A stretch of DNA of 64,000 nucleotides, from positions 22,212 to 86,211 of IMG/VR virus record IMGVR_UViG_3300050343_000190; one strand, written 5' to 3'. The DNA is from a virus. A program made the position numbers and the translations under genes. Shown one piece after another: positions 1 through 11,600 of this stretch. The notes under the pieces were generated by a model that was not told the DNA's origin, ran no database searches, and worked only from the letters and a program-made list of their open reading frames with translations. Each line of letters starts with the position of its first letter. Position 1 is the first letter of the stretch.

Positions 1-660
1 TCTTGATAATGTGAGTATTGCTGGTGTAACTACAACTTCAGGTTTACTTGATATTAATGCTGGTGGACAAGCAAATACTTTCAAGGTAGAAGATCTAACA
101 GATAACCGTGTTATTATTGCTGGAACTGGTGGTGAACTTGAGGACGATGCCAATCTAACCTTCAATGGATCTACCCTTGCAGTTGGTGTTAATTTAGATA
201 TAACTGGAGACCTAGATGTTGATGGTCATACCAACTTAGATAATGTAACTGTTGGTGGGGCTATTACAGCAACCACATTCACTGGTAGTTTGTCTGGAGA
301 AGTTGATACAGCAGCACAACCAAACATTACTTCGGTTGGTACTCTAACAGGACTTACGATATCTGGTAACATTACTGCTCAAGCAGATTTGGATGTAGAT
401 GGTCATACCAATCTTGATAATGTGAGTATTGCTGGTGTTGTAACAGCAACAACATTTATTGGAAATGGTGACTTTGTAGAACTAGATGTAGATGGGCATA
501 CAAACTTAGATAACGTAAGTATTGCTGGAGTAACAACTTTTGCAGGTAACATTGACGCCGATGCTGACTTAGATGTTGATGGTCATACCAATCTTGATAA
601 TGTAAGTATTGCTGGAGTAACAACTTTTGCTTCTAGAGTTGAACTTGATGGAGATCTTGA
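1..660 (+). repeat. In-frame ~29-aa repeat (DLDVDGHTNLDNVSIAGV) within fibre gene
   Basis: gatgttgatggtcataccaa(c/t)cttgataatgt... recurs near 1, 214, 393, 485 and 572, with a degenerate copy near 652. Confidence 0.85.
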
Positions 661-1249
661 TGTTGACGGAACTACTGAGTTAGATGTTCTTAATGTTGCT
701 GAAACTGCTACATTCTCCGCGAATATCGATGCTAACAAGTCTGTAGATGTTGCAGGAAATCTCAATACGCTTACTCTTAGAGCAGGACTTTCAACATTCA
801 CTGGATTTGTTTATGATGAATTAGATCCTGATACTAGTTTAAGAAATGCAGGAGACTTTAATAATATTACTGGTGTAGCATTTACTAGTGGTTCAACAGA
901 TACATTATATTGGGACTTTGCTACGGCACCTTCCGTAATTGGTGGCGAGGCTAGTAACGGAATAGAGAATATTGAACTCGCTGGTCTTCCAACAAATAGC
1001 AAATATATGGTGAGAGCAACTTTAATCACATTTACTGATGCTGCCAATGACTGGGACACTGGTAACGTTGTGCTTAAAGTTAATGGTCAGACACCAACAA
1101 ACTATCTTTGGAGAAATGGTGCTCAACCAGTTGGTACGACAACAGGTTCATCAAATGCTTTTGATATTGTAGAATTCAAGATTGTTCATGATACGAACGA
1201 TGAGTTCAGTGTATTCGCTGAGTGGTCTGCTTATCACGCCTCTACTTGA
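1..1249 (+). CDS. Tail fibre-like virion protein (5' end outside window)
   Basis: G/T/D-rich ORF with repeated DLDVDGHTNLDNVSIAGVTT units and a compact C-terminal domain; frame open from window start; lies in fibre cluster. Confidence 0.7.
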   Translation, partial: LDNVSIAGVTTTSGLLDINAGGQANTFKVEDLTDNRVIIAGTGGELEDDANLTFNGSTLAVGVNLDITGDLDVDGHTNLDNVTVGGAITATTFTGSLSGEVDTAAQPNITSVGTLTGLTISGNITAQADLDVDGHTNLDNVSIAGVVTATTFIGNGDFVELDVDGHTNLDNVSIAGVTTFAGNIDADADLDVDGHTNLDNVSIAGVTTFASRVELDGDLDVDGTTELDVLNVAETATFSANIDANKSVDVAGNLNTLTLRAGLSTFTGFVYDELDPDTSLRNAGDFNNITGVAFTSGSTDTLYWDFATAPSVIGGEASNGIENIELAGLPTNSKYMVRATLITFTDAANDWDTGNVVLKVNGQTPTNYLWRNGAQPVGTTTGSSNAFDIVEFKIVHDTNDEFSVFAEWSAYHAST

Positions 1250-1257
1250 TATAAATA
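1250..1257 (+). promoter_or_regulatory. T4-type late promoter
   Basis: TATAAATA (gp55 consensus) upstream of the 1292 structural gene. Confidence 0.7.
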
Positions 1258-1291
1258 ACTAAAACTAAAATCAGTAAGGGGATAGTGAACC

Positions 1292-3205
1292 TTGGCTATT
1301 CAGAAGAATTTTGTTGTAAAGAACGGTTTAGAGGTTGACGAAAATACTCTATACGTCGATTCAGATGCAAATAAAGTTGGTATAGGTACGATATTTCCTG
1401 ATGTAGAACTCAGAGTAATTGGATCTATCGGATGTACTGATTTTAGTGCAACCAGAAATTTAAGAGCTAGTGGAATATCAACATTTAATCAAGTTCAGTT
1501 TACTGGAGCAAATGTAACTATTGGTGATACCACCGGTGCGCCAGGACAATACTTGAGATCTACTGGTAGTGGCGTAGAGTGGGCATCTTTCCCTACCACA
1601 GTCAGAGCACAGCAAACTTTTATTGCTACAGATAATCAAACAACATTTACTTATGCATATAATATTGGGTTCCTTGATGTATACATCAATGGTGTAAAAT
1701 TAAGGGGAGACGGTGCATCTGATGTTTCTGATTATATTGCAAACAATGGAGTTAATTTTTCAGTAAATCAAGAGTGCTTTGATGGAGATATTGTTGAAGT
1801 AGCCGCATATAATCCAGCAGCAGTTGGCGGAGGTAATACCGGTATCCTTGGTGTTACCATTCAAGAAGAAGGAGTAATAGTAGGTAATCCAAACGGGGTT
1901 AATTCTATAAACTTTATTGGAGTTGCTATTACTGCAGTTGGTTCTGGTGCTGGTGTTACTGTTTATGGAACAGGTGGAGGTGGATCTGGAAGTCTTACTG
2001 TTAGAGATAAAAATAATATTGTAAGTGCTGCTACAAGCGATATAGATTTTACTGGAAATTCTGCGACAGTATTTACCAGTAGCGAAGGAGTAACCGTAGA
2101 AATTAATAGTGGAATTAATACTGTAGGAACAAGCACGTTCAACGATGTAAGAATTCTTGGAATTCTCACCGCAGCACAATACAGTGGAGATGGATCTGGA
2201 CTTACAAATATTACATCTACAGGAACTGGTGTAGAAATTCAAAATGATGGAGCATCAGTAGGTACTGCAGCAACAATTAGTTTTGTTGAAGGGTTTACTA
2301 TAGAACCAATTTCGGCAGGTGTTGTTACGGTAAGAACTGCATATGCTTGGAGTGGAACTGCAGCAGGAATTAGCACAACTGCTAATGTAAGTATAAGTGG
2401 TCTTACCGCACTTACTAATGCTTCCGTATCAGGAGTATCTACTTTCGGTGGTATAATTGAAGCATCATCAGGTGAAAACAAAATACCTTCTTTATATGCT
2501 AATCTAGCAGCATTACCGAGTGCAGCGTCATATCATGGTATGTTTGCTCATGTTCACTCAGAAGGCAAAGGATATTTTGCACACGCTGGTAATTGGTTAG
2601 AGTTAGTCAATAGAGACACTGGTGGTAATGTATCAATAAGTGGAATTATAACTGCATCATCATTTAGTGGTTCTGGTGCTGGTCTGACAAGTCTTCCTTC
2701 GGGTCAACTTACTGGTGCTTTACCTGCAATTGATGGTTCTGCACTGACTGGAATTAGTGGTGGTGGTTCTGGTGGTGGTAAGTTTAGTGATCAACAAACA
2801 AATGCAGGTATCCACACTACATCATCTCATGTTGGTTTTGGTACAACCAATCCAATAACTTCTATCCAAGTAAATAATGTTTATGGTATTGAAACTGGAT
2901 CTGGATCATTTACTGCTTCTGCTGGTATTGCATATACTGCAAATACATACACATCTACAGACTTTGTAAATTCAGAGTATACATTATTCTTCCAACATTC
3001 ATCAGGAATTCAATCTCAAAAAATTCTTGTTATGGATAATGACTCCACAGCATATTCCCAGGAATATGCAATTATGTATAGTAGTGATCTTCTAGTTTCT
3101 GTCGGCGCAACAGTTAAATCTGGTAATGTAGAACTTTGGTGGACACCAGAAAGTGGAGTCAACGGTATCGTTACATATAGATTTACTAGGGAGACAATGA
3201 TCTGA
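1292..3205 (+). CDS. Virion structural / tail fibre-like protein
   Basis: 637 aa, MAIQKNFVVKNGLEV start, VGIGT and GDGSGLT fibre motifs, DVYINGVKL domain, YSQEYA C-terminal domain seen in cyanomyophage structural proteins. Confidence 0.7.
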   Translation: MAIQKNFVVKNGLEVDENTLYVDSDANKVGIGTIFPDVELRVIGSIGCTDFSATRNLRASGISTFNQVQFTGANVTIGDTTGAPGQYLRSTGSGVEWASFPTTVRAQQTFIATDNQTTFTYAYNIGFLDVYINGVKLRGDGASDVSDYIANNGVNFSVNQECFDGDIVEVAAYNPAAVGGGNTGILGVTIQEEGVIVGNPNGVNSINFIGVAITAVGSGAGVTVYGTGGGGSGSLTVRDKNNIVSAATSDIDFTGNSATVFTSSEGVTVEINSGINTVGTSTFNDVRILGILTAAQYSGDGSGLTNITSTGTGVEIQNDGASVGTAATISFVEGFTIEPISAGVVTVRTAYAWSGTAAGISTTANVSISGLTALTNASVSGVSTFGGIIEASSGENKIPSLYANLAALPSAASYHGMFAHVHSEGKGYFAHAGNWLELVNRDTGGNVSISGIITASSFSGSGAGLTSLPSGQLTGALPAIDGSALTGISGGGSGGGKFSDQQTNAGIHTTSSHVGFGTTNPITSIQVNNVYGIETGSGSFTASAGIAYTANTYTSTDFVNSEYTLFFQHSSGIQSQKILVMDNDSTAYSQEYAIMYSSDLLVSVGATVKSGNVELWWTPESGVNGIVTYRFTRETMI

Positions 3206-5139
3206 TGAAAAAATACACCTTAGAGCTGTTACGAGTCCAGACTATTGGTCCGAGATTCATGATGCTTTAATTGTAGATTCTAATCAAGATAATATTCCAG
3301 ATAGACAGGTTACATGCTCTGATTCTAAAAATCATAGTCCTACTAGAGGAACCTACGAATTAACAGAAGATGAAGCAGCAGAGATTGCTGTACATCCTCA
3401 CATTAAGTGGATTGAGTTGTCTCCTACAGATAATCCAGAATCATATCCAAAACCAGATCTCGCTACAAAAAGATTTAAGAAAAATGTAAAGTTCTATCGG
3501 GATTTAGTTTCTCAATCCATACCAACTACAAGTCCAAGTTCTGATGAATTGGATAGATCTAATTGGGGTGTAGCAAGACCAACAGTTAGAAAAAGTGGAG
3601 AATTTTTTACCGATAACCTTGGTGCGGTTAATTTAGTAACAAAAGATGTATCATACAACCTTACTGGTAAAAATGTAGATGTTGTTATTCATGATTCTGG
3701 AGTTTTACAATATCATCCAGAGTTTATGGATGCAAATGGTCAGTCAAGAGTGAGAGATATTATTCTTGATGGTCCGTATTATATCGACCCAGATTACTTT
3801 ATCTCTAATGGTTATACAACTACAAGAGCAGATGGTAGAGTAACAGGATCAGAAGTAGAATCAAGAGGATGGTGGACAAATAGTTCAAATAGATCTGCAC
3901 AATTCCAATCAGAAGGAACTATTTCAGTATCATCAAATTATACCGAAGCAAGATCTATGGGTGGATCTTTAGATGGAACTAATAGTTTAAGTAGTGGTCA
4001 TGGAACTGCATGTGCATCTTTAGCAGCAGGTAAAAACTTTGGTAATGCTTTTGAAGCAAATATTTGGAATATGCCTGGTATTAGTGATAATGTTTCAATG
4101 GGTCCTGAAACTAATTATGATGCGATGAAACTTTGGCAACGTTTGAAACCAGTTAACCCAGAAATTGGTAGAAAAAATCCAACCGTGGTTAATGGAAGTT
4201 GGGGATATCAAGCGGCCTTTGAATCTACTGATTTGGTTGATTATAAATTTAGAGGATCTACTGGATCATTTTCTGGTGATGCAGCAGTTACTGATCAAGT
4301 TACTGCGATGAAGGATGGTCTTAATAATCAAGTTACCGGTGAATATAGATCTTGGTCAACATCATCAAGATCTTCATCAACAGATACTGCAGCAGATGAA
4401 CTGATACAAACTGGAGTAATTTATGTTGCTGCATCAGGAAATAATAATCAAAGACTTGGAGTTGGTGCGGATGATGTAGATCGTTTAAACTATATGGAAG
4501 ATCATAGGTTCTTTTCTGGTGATCCCAGGTCAGAGTTTCCAGGAATTACTTGTCCATGCAATCATAGAGACTGGATGAATCCACAAGGTATTGGATTTGA
4601 ATCCGATAAGGATTTTCATCCAGTGGTTTGTGTTGGTGCAATAGAAGATAGTGTAACAACTGGTGGTGCAGAATATCAAGCAACTTATTCAAATAATGGT
4701 CCTGGTATTGATATCTGGTCTCCAGCAGATGAAACCTTAGCTGCAGGAGGGGATTTCTCTGGTGGTGGATATGATGACTATGAAAGATATGATGATTCTA
4801 GATTTTATGACGCATACTTCAATGGAACATCTGCAGCTGGCTGCTCCAGTCGTCACTGGTATTATTGCGTTATATTTACAAGTAAGACCAACAGCAACAT
4901 CTAGAGATGTAAAAAATTGGATTAAAGATAATGGTACATTATTACCACAAACTATTGATTCTAATTCTGGCGACGGATGGTGGAGTCCATATAGTGACGA
5001 CACCGACACTGCATATTGGACTGGATCATATAATTTAAGAGGTGCAGATTCTCGCGTTCTTTATAATCCATATGCTAATGATGATGCATCCTCAATAGAA
5101 AATGTACAAATTGAAGGTATATCATTTCAAATATCATAA
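3205..5139 (+). CDS. Subtilisin-like (S8) serine peptidase, frameshifted
   Basis: Catalytic motifs VVIHDSGV (Asp), HGTACAS (His), AASGN (oxyanion Asn), FNGTSAA/APVVTG (Ser, split by an indel near 4840); ATG at 3205 with an early indel. Confidence 0.85.
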
Positions 5140-5154
5140 ATAACTAAAAAACCC

Positions 5155-5490
5155 ATGGCAGATAAGGATTTTGGTGTAAAAAAAATAAATTTAATTAGTT
5201 CTTCTGGTTCTTCAAAAGTAACTAGTCCAACTACTTTAAATTTAAATGCACCAACTGTCGCAATCAGCACAGACGTTACAGTTGGTGGGAAAGTTCAGTC
5301 AGACATTATTGTAGGAACTGGGTATTCTGTAGGTATTGGTAGCACTCAACCTACAGTAAATCTGGACATTAATGGTGACGCAAGAGTTGGCGTAGACACT
5401 TCTAAAGGATTAATCTTGACTGATTCTACGGGAACTCAATATAGAGTCAGTGTAAATACTGATGGAACTATATTTACAGTATCTATCTGA
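5155..5490 (+). CDS. Small virion structural protein
   Basis: 111 aa, VGIGSTQP...LDING fibre motif, C-terminal GLILTDSTGTQYRVSV; ATAAATA late-promoter core upstream. Confidence 0.6.
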   Translation: MADKDFGVKKINLISSSGSSKVTSPTTLNLNAPTVAISTDVTVGGKVQSDIIVGTGYSVGIGSTQPTVNLDINGDARVGVDTSKGLILTDSTGTQYRVSVNTDGTIFTVSI

Positions 5491-5520
5491 TAAATACAAA
5501 CATAGGAAGACTCTACCAAC

Positions 5521-8500
5521 ATGGCAAGGAACAATAGAGAACTATCTCAGTTAGCCGCTTTTATCGGAATTGAGGATCACAGTCAAGAAATTGAGTCGGG
5601 TTCTAATTACGAATACGCTCAAGTTGTAGCCATTGGAGCATCCCTCTATGCTGGTACAGATGAAGCTCCAGCAGTTGGAATAGGAACAACAGATATAGTC
5701 AGAGCTTTCCAAGTTGCGTCTAGAGACGGATCTCTTTTTTCAAAAGTTCAAAACGCAGAAGGAGTACCACAAGGTGGTGGTGTTGAGTTAGAAGGTGATC
5801 TAGTAGTAGGTGGTATAAGTACTATAGGTGGTACTGTTACTATAAATGAAGGAATAAATGATATAGAGTATCAGGATTCATTGGCTCTTAGTATACCATT
5901 AAGAGTAGTTGAATTAGGCGGTAATATTGGTATTAACACATTGCTTCAAGGCAGTGTTGGTATTGGAACGACATTAATAGCATTAGATATTAATAGTACA
6001 ACTATTTCTATTGGAAACAGTGCTGGTGGAAAAATCACTTCTAAACTTCCACTCTTTGTTGATGGTGTTGATACATTTAATCTGGGAGCTGCATCTACAA
6101 TTGGTGAAGTACAACCAATATTGGAGGTTCAGGGTGGTAAAACAAGTGTTCAAGGTCCAATAGTAATTGGGGCCAGGTCTTGCAGGAACTTCAATATCTC
6201 AAACCACCGATACGGAAACTGGTTTAATAACAATTAATGGTGATATTGGACTAAGAGGATCAGTTTATCAAGATTTTGGAAATTTTAAAACTCCAGAAAT
6301 TAGTATTCTTTCCGGTGGTTCCATTTTTATGGAAGCGGACACCACTGTATTGCAATGCAAAAGTTTTAGTGATTTTAGTGAAGGTTATACTGAACTTGGG
6401 GCGATAAGTCAGTCAAGTCCATTTATTGCTACTTTCAATTCTAGTATTTACATAAGTAATGGATCTAATCCTTTAGGATTCTCAACTATAGGTGAACAGA
6501 ATGCTGGCGCTTTACAAGTCGCTGGTGGAGCAATATTTGGACAAGATGTATTTATAGTTGGCCAACTTCAAACAACAGGAATTATTTCTTGTACAGACCT
6601 AGAAGTTAGTACTGGAATTGGTGGTCGAACTCAAATCTTCTCACCAACTATTGATATTGGTCAATCTGGAGTACTAGGAGTTTCAACTCATAAAATAAAT
6701 TTAAACAATCAGATAAACAGTGCTATTATACCATTTGAACCCAATTTCTATAATTTGGGCGATGCTTCATATACATGGAAAACTCTATTTGTAGAAACAA
6801 TAAACGTAGATAACGTTGCTATTAATACTGAGGCAGTAGTAAATAACCTCAGAATTACTGGAGTATCAACTAATCAAGGAGAGTTTTATCATACTGGACT
6901 TGAGGGAACTGCAATATTTTATAATGGTTTAGAAATTCAAAATAATTCAATCCTAGATAATACATTTATACAAACTTTAACAGCTGCTGACGATATCCTA
7001 GGAACAGCAACAACTTCTTTAAGAGCACAAGCTATTGATGTTGGTGTTGCCGTAACAGATCAATATTATTCAGTTCTATTAACTGATAGTACTGGAAATA
7101 ACACTAAAAGATCTGTATTTGTTGACCAACCAGATGCTGCATCTGGTGGTTTAAGATTAAATCCATTTGATCATAGTTTCTTGGTTGATGCTAATTTATA
7201 TGTTGGTGGTCCAATCACTTCCGATACCATCTACATTGGTATGAATCCCGAAATTTGCTATAACCAATAAAACTTTAGAATTTTATAATGATGGTCCTAA
7301 TATCATCAAGATGTTTACAAATGACCAAAGATCATTAAGTATTGGATCAACTCTTGGTATAACAACATTTAATACATATGAAACTTGCCTAAGAGGAAGT
7401 CTTAAGTTAGGTACTCCTGGTATTGATACAGCGGCGATTAGGTCTGCAAATGGTCTTGAAAACATAACTATCACTGGCAGTGACTTGACGGAATTTTCCG
7501 GCAATATTGCGATGGAAGGAAGTGATATAGATGTAAGAAATGGAATACTTCGTCTTGCTAATAACTTCACCACAACGGTAGATGCATTTCAACTTGCTAA
7601 TCAAATTACAATTGGTTCCACTGCAGGATTTACTTCTTTTAGAAACCCACTTGTAAGATTTGAGGGTGAGGTTAGGATTGATAGTAATACAATTTTAGCA
7701 TCTGATGGTCAACCAAATATCGTCATGACCGGTGCAGATTTGACTAGATTTGCTGGAGATATTCAAGTCGATGGTTCTGATATCCTAGTTGCTGGTGGTG
7801 TAACAAACATCACGATGGTAAATGGTAATAACACTATTTTTGCAGGTGATATTCAAGTTAATGGAAATGAACTTAGAGATTCTAATGGGGAATTATCTAT
7901 ATCTTTTATTGGAGATGGATTAGTTAGTATTGCTTCCACATTAAGGGTTGAAGGAAATTCAATTCAATCTGGTGCGGGTGTAACTAACATAACTCTAGCG
8001 ACGGGTTATACTCAAATTGAGGCTGCTGATCTTCGCGTTAATGGTGATAGAATTAGGGCATCTGATAATTCCATTAATATTACAATGGATGCAGCAACCA
8101 ACACAACCGTTGCTGGGGATTTAACAGTTGGAAGTAATAAAATAAATGCAGCAGATGGCGTCGAGTGTGTTGAATTAATAAATGGAACTGGTGCTGTTGG
8201 AATTGCATCACACTTAACAGCAAATGGAGATCTATATGTAAGGGGTAGTACAACAAATATCTTATCAGATAGTATTAATCTAAGAGATAAGTTAATTGAT
8301 ATTGGTTTAGGTATTAGTACAGTAACAAATTTTGAATTAGTAGTACCAACTTTAGATGAAAATAAAGATGTAGGATTACTTTTAAATTACTATGATACTA
8401 CTCCCAAGAAAGCAGCAATTTTCTGGGATGATTCTTTAGGATCTATTGGAATTGCATCAGATGTCTCAGAAACATCTGAAGTATTATCTATTAATTCATA

Positions 8501-8621
8501 TGCAAAAATTGTTACTAAATCAGTAACAATATCAGACTGTGCAGGAACTTCCGACATTATTGAGTGTGAAGGAACGACTAGAACTTTAGCAAATATCACC
8601 ATCGATGGTGGGGAGTATTAA
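5521..8621 (+). CDS. Long tail fibre-like structural protein, frameshifted (ORFs 5521-6237, 6167-7270, 7311-8621)
   Basis: Contiguous G/I/T-rich beta-repeat ORFs (FAGDIQVNG repeats) ending in the typical ITIDGGEY; breaks consistent with single-base indels. Confidence 0.65.
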
Positions 8622-8686
8622 GGTTACTAAATAAGATAGCACTCAATTTCTATTGGGTATTACGGTATATACCAAACATGTAGAAG

Positions 8687-11600
8687 ATGTCAGATCCCCA
8701 AATTCGTTTAAAAAGGTCAACGGTAGCTGGTAAAATTCCAACTACATCACAACTTGCTCTTGGTGAAATAGCTGCTGTAAATGCTTTTGATGGAGAAATA
8801 TTTTTAAAGCAAGATACAGCAGGAGTTGGAATTGCAACTCGCGTCATTAGAGTTGGCGCTGGAGGATCTTTAGGTAAAACTATTTTTGTATGTAAAGAAG
8901 GTAATGATGATAATACTGGTCTAAATGAAAAGGATGCAAAACTAACAATCAAAAAAGCTGCTGCAGAGATAGCAGAAATTTTTGATACTGTTAAAGTTTA
9001 TCCTGGTGTATATGTTGAAAATAATCCTATTTTACTCGATAAGAACGTATCAGTAGAAGGTTTAGAATTAAGAAACTGTATTGTTTCTCCAGGAAATGCA
9101 GATAAAGATTTATTTCATGTAAATGATGGATGTCATCTAACTGACCTTGGATTTACAGGTTCGATGGACGCAGGTTCTGCTGCAGTCGCGTTTAGACCAC
9201 TTGAAAGCGTAGCATCTGATAGATATTTTGACGCAGCAAGACTTATTCGCGTCAACTCAGATTTTATTGCAAGAGAAGCAGTCGGATTCCTAACCAGTGG
9301 ATATAGTGGATATGCTGGTGGCCACCTTGAACAAGATGGTGCAAATGCTCTTGAGGCTAACTTAGATTATATTGCTCAAGAAGCAGTTGGTTATATTACA
9401 AGTACTGACTATAAAAATCCAGCATTTGTTGTTACCGATGTTGGTGGTGCTGCAGATGATCCACAAAACTGTAGAGATGATATTAAAGATATACTTAAAT
9501 CAGTTGCATACGACTTAAAGTCTACTGGTAATTTACAATCAGTAGGAGCAGCATTATCATATTTCACAGGTGGAGCTCTTGCTCATGTAACGGGAACAGA
9601 TACAAATGGTTATAGTATTGCCGATGCTACTGTCGCTGCTATTGATCGCGCTGCTGGTATCTCAACATATGTAATCAACCAGAGACCATGGGCTAGTGTT
9701 GGTGCTGGTGGTACTACAAATGTTACTGGATTTACTTACGATAAATTAACTGGTATTGCAACAGTCACTTCTGTTGGTCATGGTGTAACAACTGGTGATA
9801 TTGTTGAACTAGAAGGAATTGAATTTACCTGTCCTGGAGGCAGCGGAGTTACAACCAGTATTTTCCCAGATGGTTCAAACGGAGAATACTTTACAGTAAC
9901 AGAATATGTTGGAGTAAATACTTTCAAAACAAATGTTGGTATTTCTTCAATCTCACATGCATACGATACTGGTGGAACAGTAGAGAAGTACGTTAATTAT
10001 TCTACCAATAAAACTCAAGCAATTGATCCTACAAGAAGAAACAAGAGAATCTTATATGATAATTCAAATAATAAGATCGTTGTAGGAACAGGATGGTGTA
10101 CTGGTGTAGGTAATAGCATCAGTTATCTTACAGGAATTACATCAAGTGCTATTGGTGCTGGTTCTTCCTCTGGTGTTGTTGGAATTATTACTGGTATCAA
10201 TCTCGATACATTCCGTTGCTCAAGAGACGTAAGAGATATTCTCAAAGCAGTTTGCTACGATATTACAAGGGGTGGATCTACAAAAGTAGTTGCTGCTGGT
10301 AAGACCTACTTTGATGAGTCATTGGCTCAAATTGGTATTTCCTCCTTTGCTGCTGCTACTCTCAGTAAATCTCCATTTGATGAAGTAACACAAACAATCC
10401 GTGCAGTCGATTATGCACAAGATATTATTCGTTGCGTAATCAATAACACAACATGGGGTGGAGTTTCTATCGGATACACAACTCCAATTAGTGATATTGA
10501 TTGGGATACTAATACTGGTCTTGCAACTGTTACAACCAGATTTAATCACGATCTATCTAAAGATGATGGTATTGAAGTTACTGGACTAGGATTTACATGT
10601 CTTCCAGGATCTCCTGGAGATGAAACTACAATTCTTACTGCAACTTATGATAGTGTTACTGGTATTACTACGTTTGAAACATCAACGAATCATGAATTAA
10701 AGTCTGGTAATGGTATCATAGTTACTTCTACAACTGGTAGTGATTTCAATAATCTGATTGTAGATGATAGTATGTCCTCTACTACATTTACAGCAAGAGT
10801 TGGAAATGGACTTGCAGCATCTGCGGGTTTAACTGGAACGATTAAGGTTCAGCGTTACTACACTCCAGAAGTAGGAATTAACTCTGCTGTTTACGATAGA
10901 ATCACAGGATTTACTACAATTGGATTTACAGACAGTGGTTCTAGTAGTTCAGATAATGATCCGGCATATATTGATAATGATGGTAAAGTTCGTCTTGAGA
11001 ATTTGGTATTCCAGTGCGACTCTGGTGGTGGTCTTTCGACTCAGTATTTCCCCTCAGGTGCTCTTGGATTTGACTTCCCAGTAGAAAAAGTTGGTGGAGA
11101 CAGATATCAAGATTCTGCAAACTTAATCGCTGGTAACAAACTAGAAATCACAGATAAGGCTCTTGCGAATATTGCTATTCTTCATCCAGATTTCTTCTAT
11201 CCTGGAGATAATCAGATTACAACAACATCCAGATATAAGGATGCATATCGTCTAATCCAACAGAACAAAGGTGAAATTGTTGGTGCAGCATATACAAATG
11301 CTCAAGTAACATATCCATCAATCGATTCTACTAAGTTCAGAAGAAATCTGAATTACCTAGTAGATGCTGTTTCTACAGATATCTTCACCGGTGGTAATAA
11401 CTATACCGTTTCTGTTACTAACAAATACTTTGATAATGGAGGTTCTCTGATTGGAGAAGGTGATGATTCTATTGCAGGTGTGACTGAGGAAACAATTATT
11501 GCCTTCAATGAAGCAAAATCTTTAATGAAGCAGGCGATTGCTAATCAGTTATCAACAAAAGATACAACAGTTTCTGGTGGTTCTAGTTACTTTGGTGATG

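Noticed and set aside
1-660. Regularly spaced ~45-bp repeats resembling a CRISPR array
   Set aside because: Repeats are in frame within a coding sequence, vary at synonymous positions, and no cas genes or leader are present
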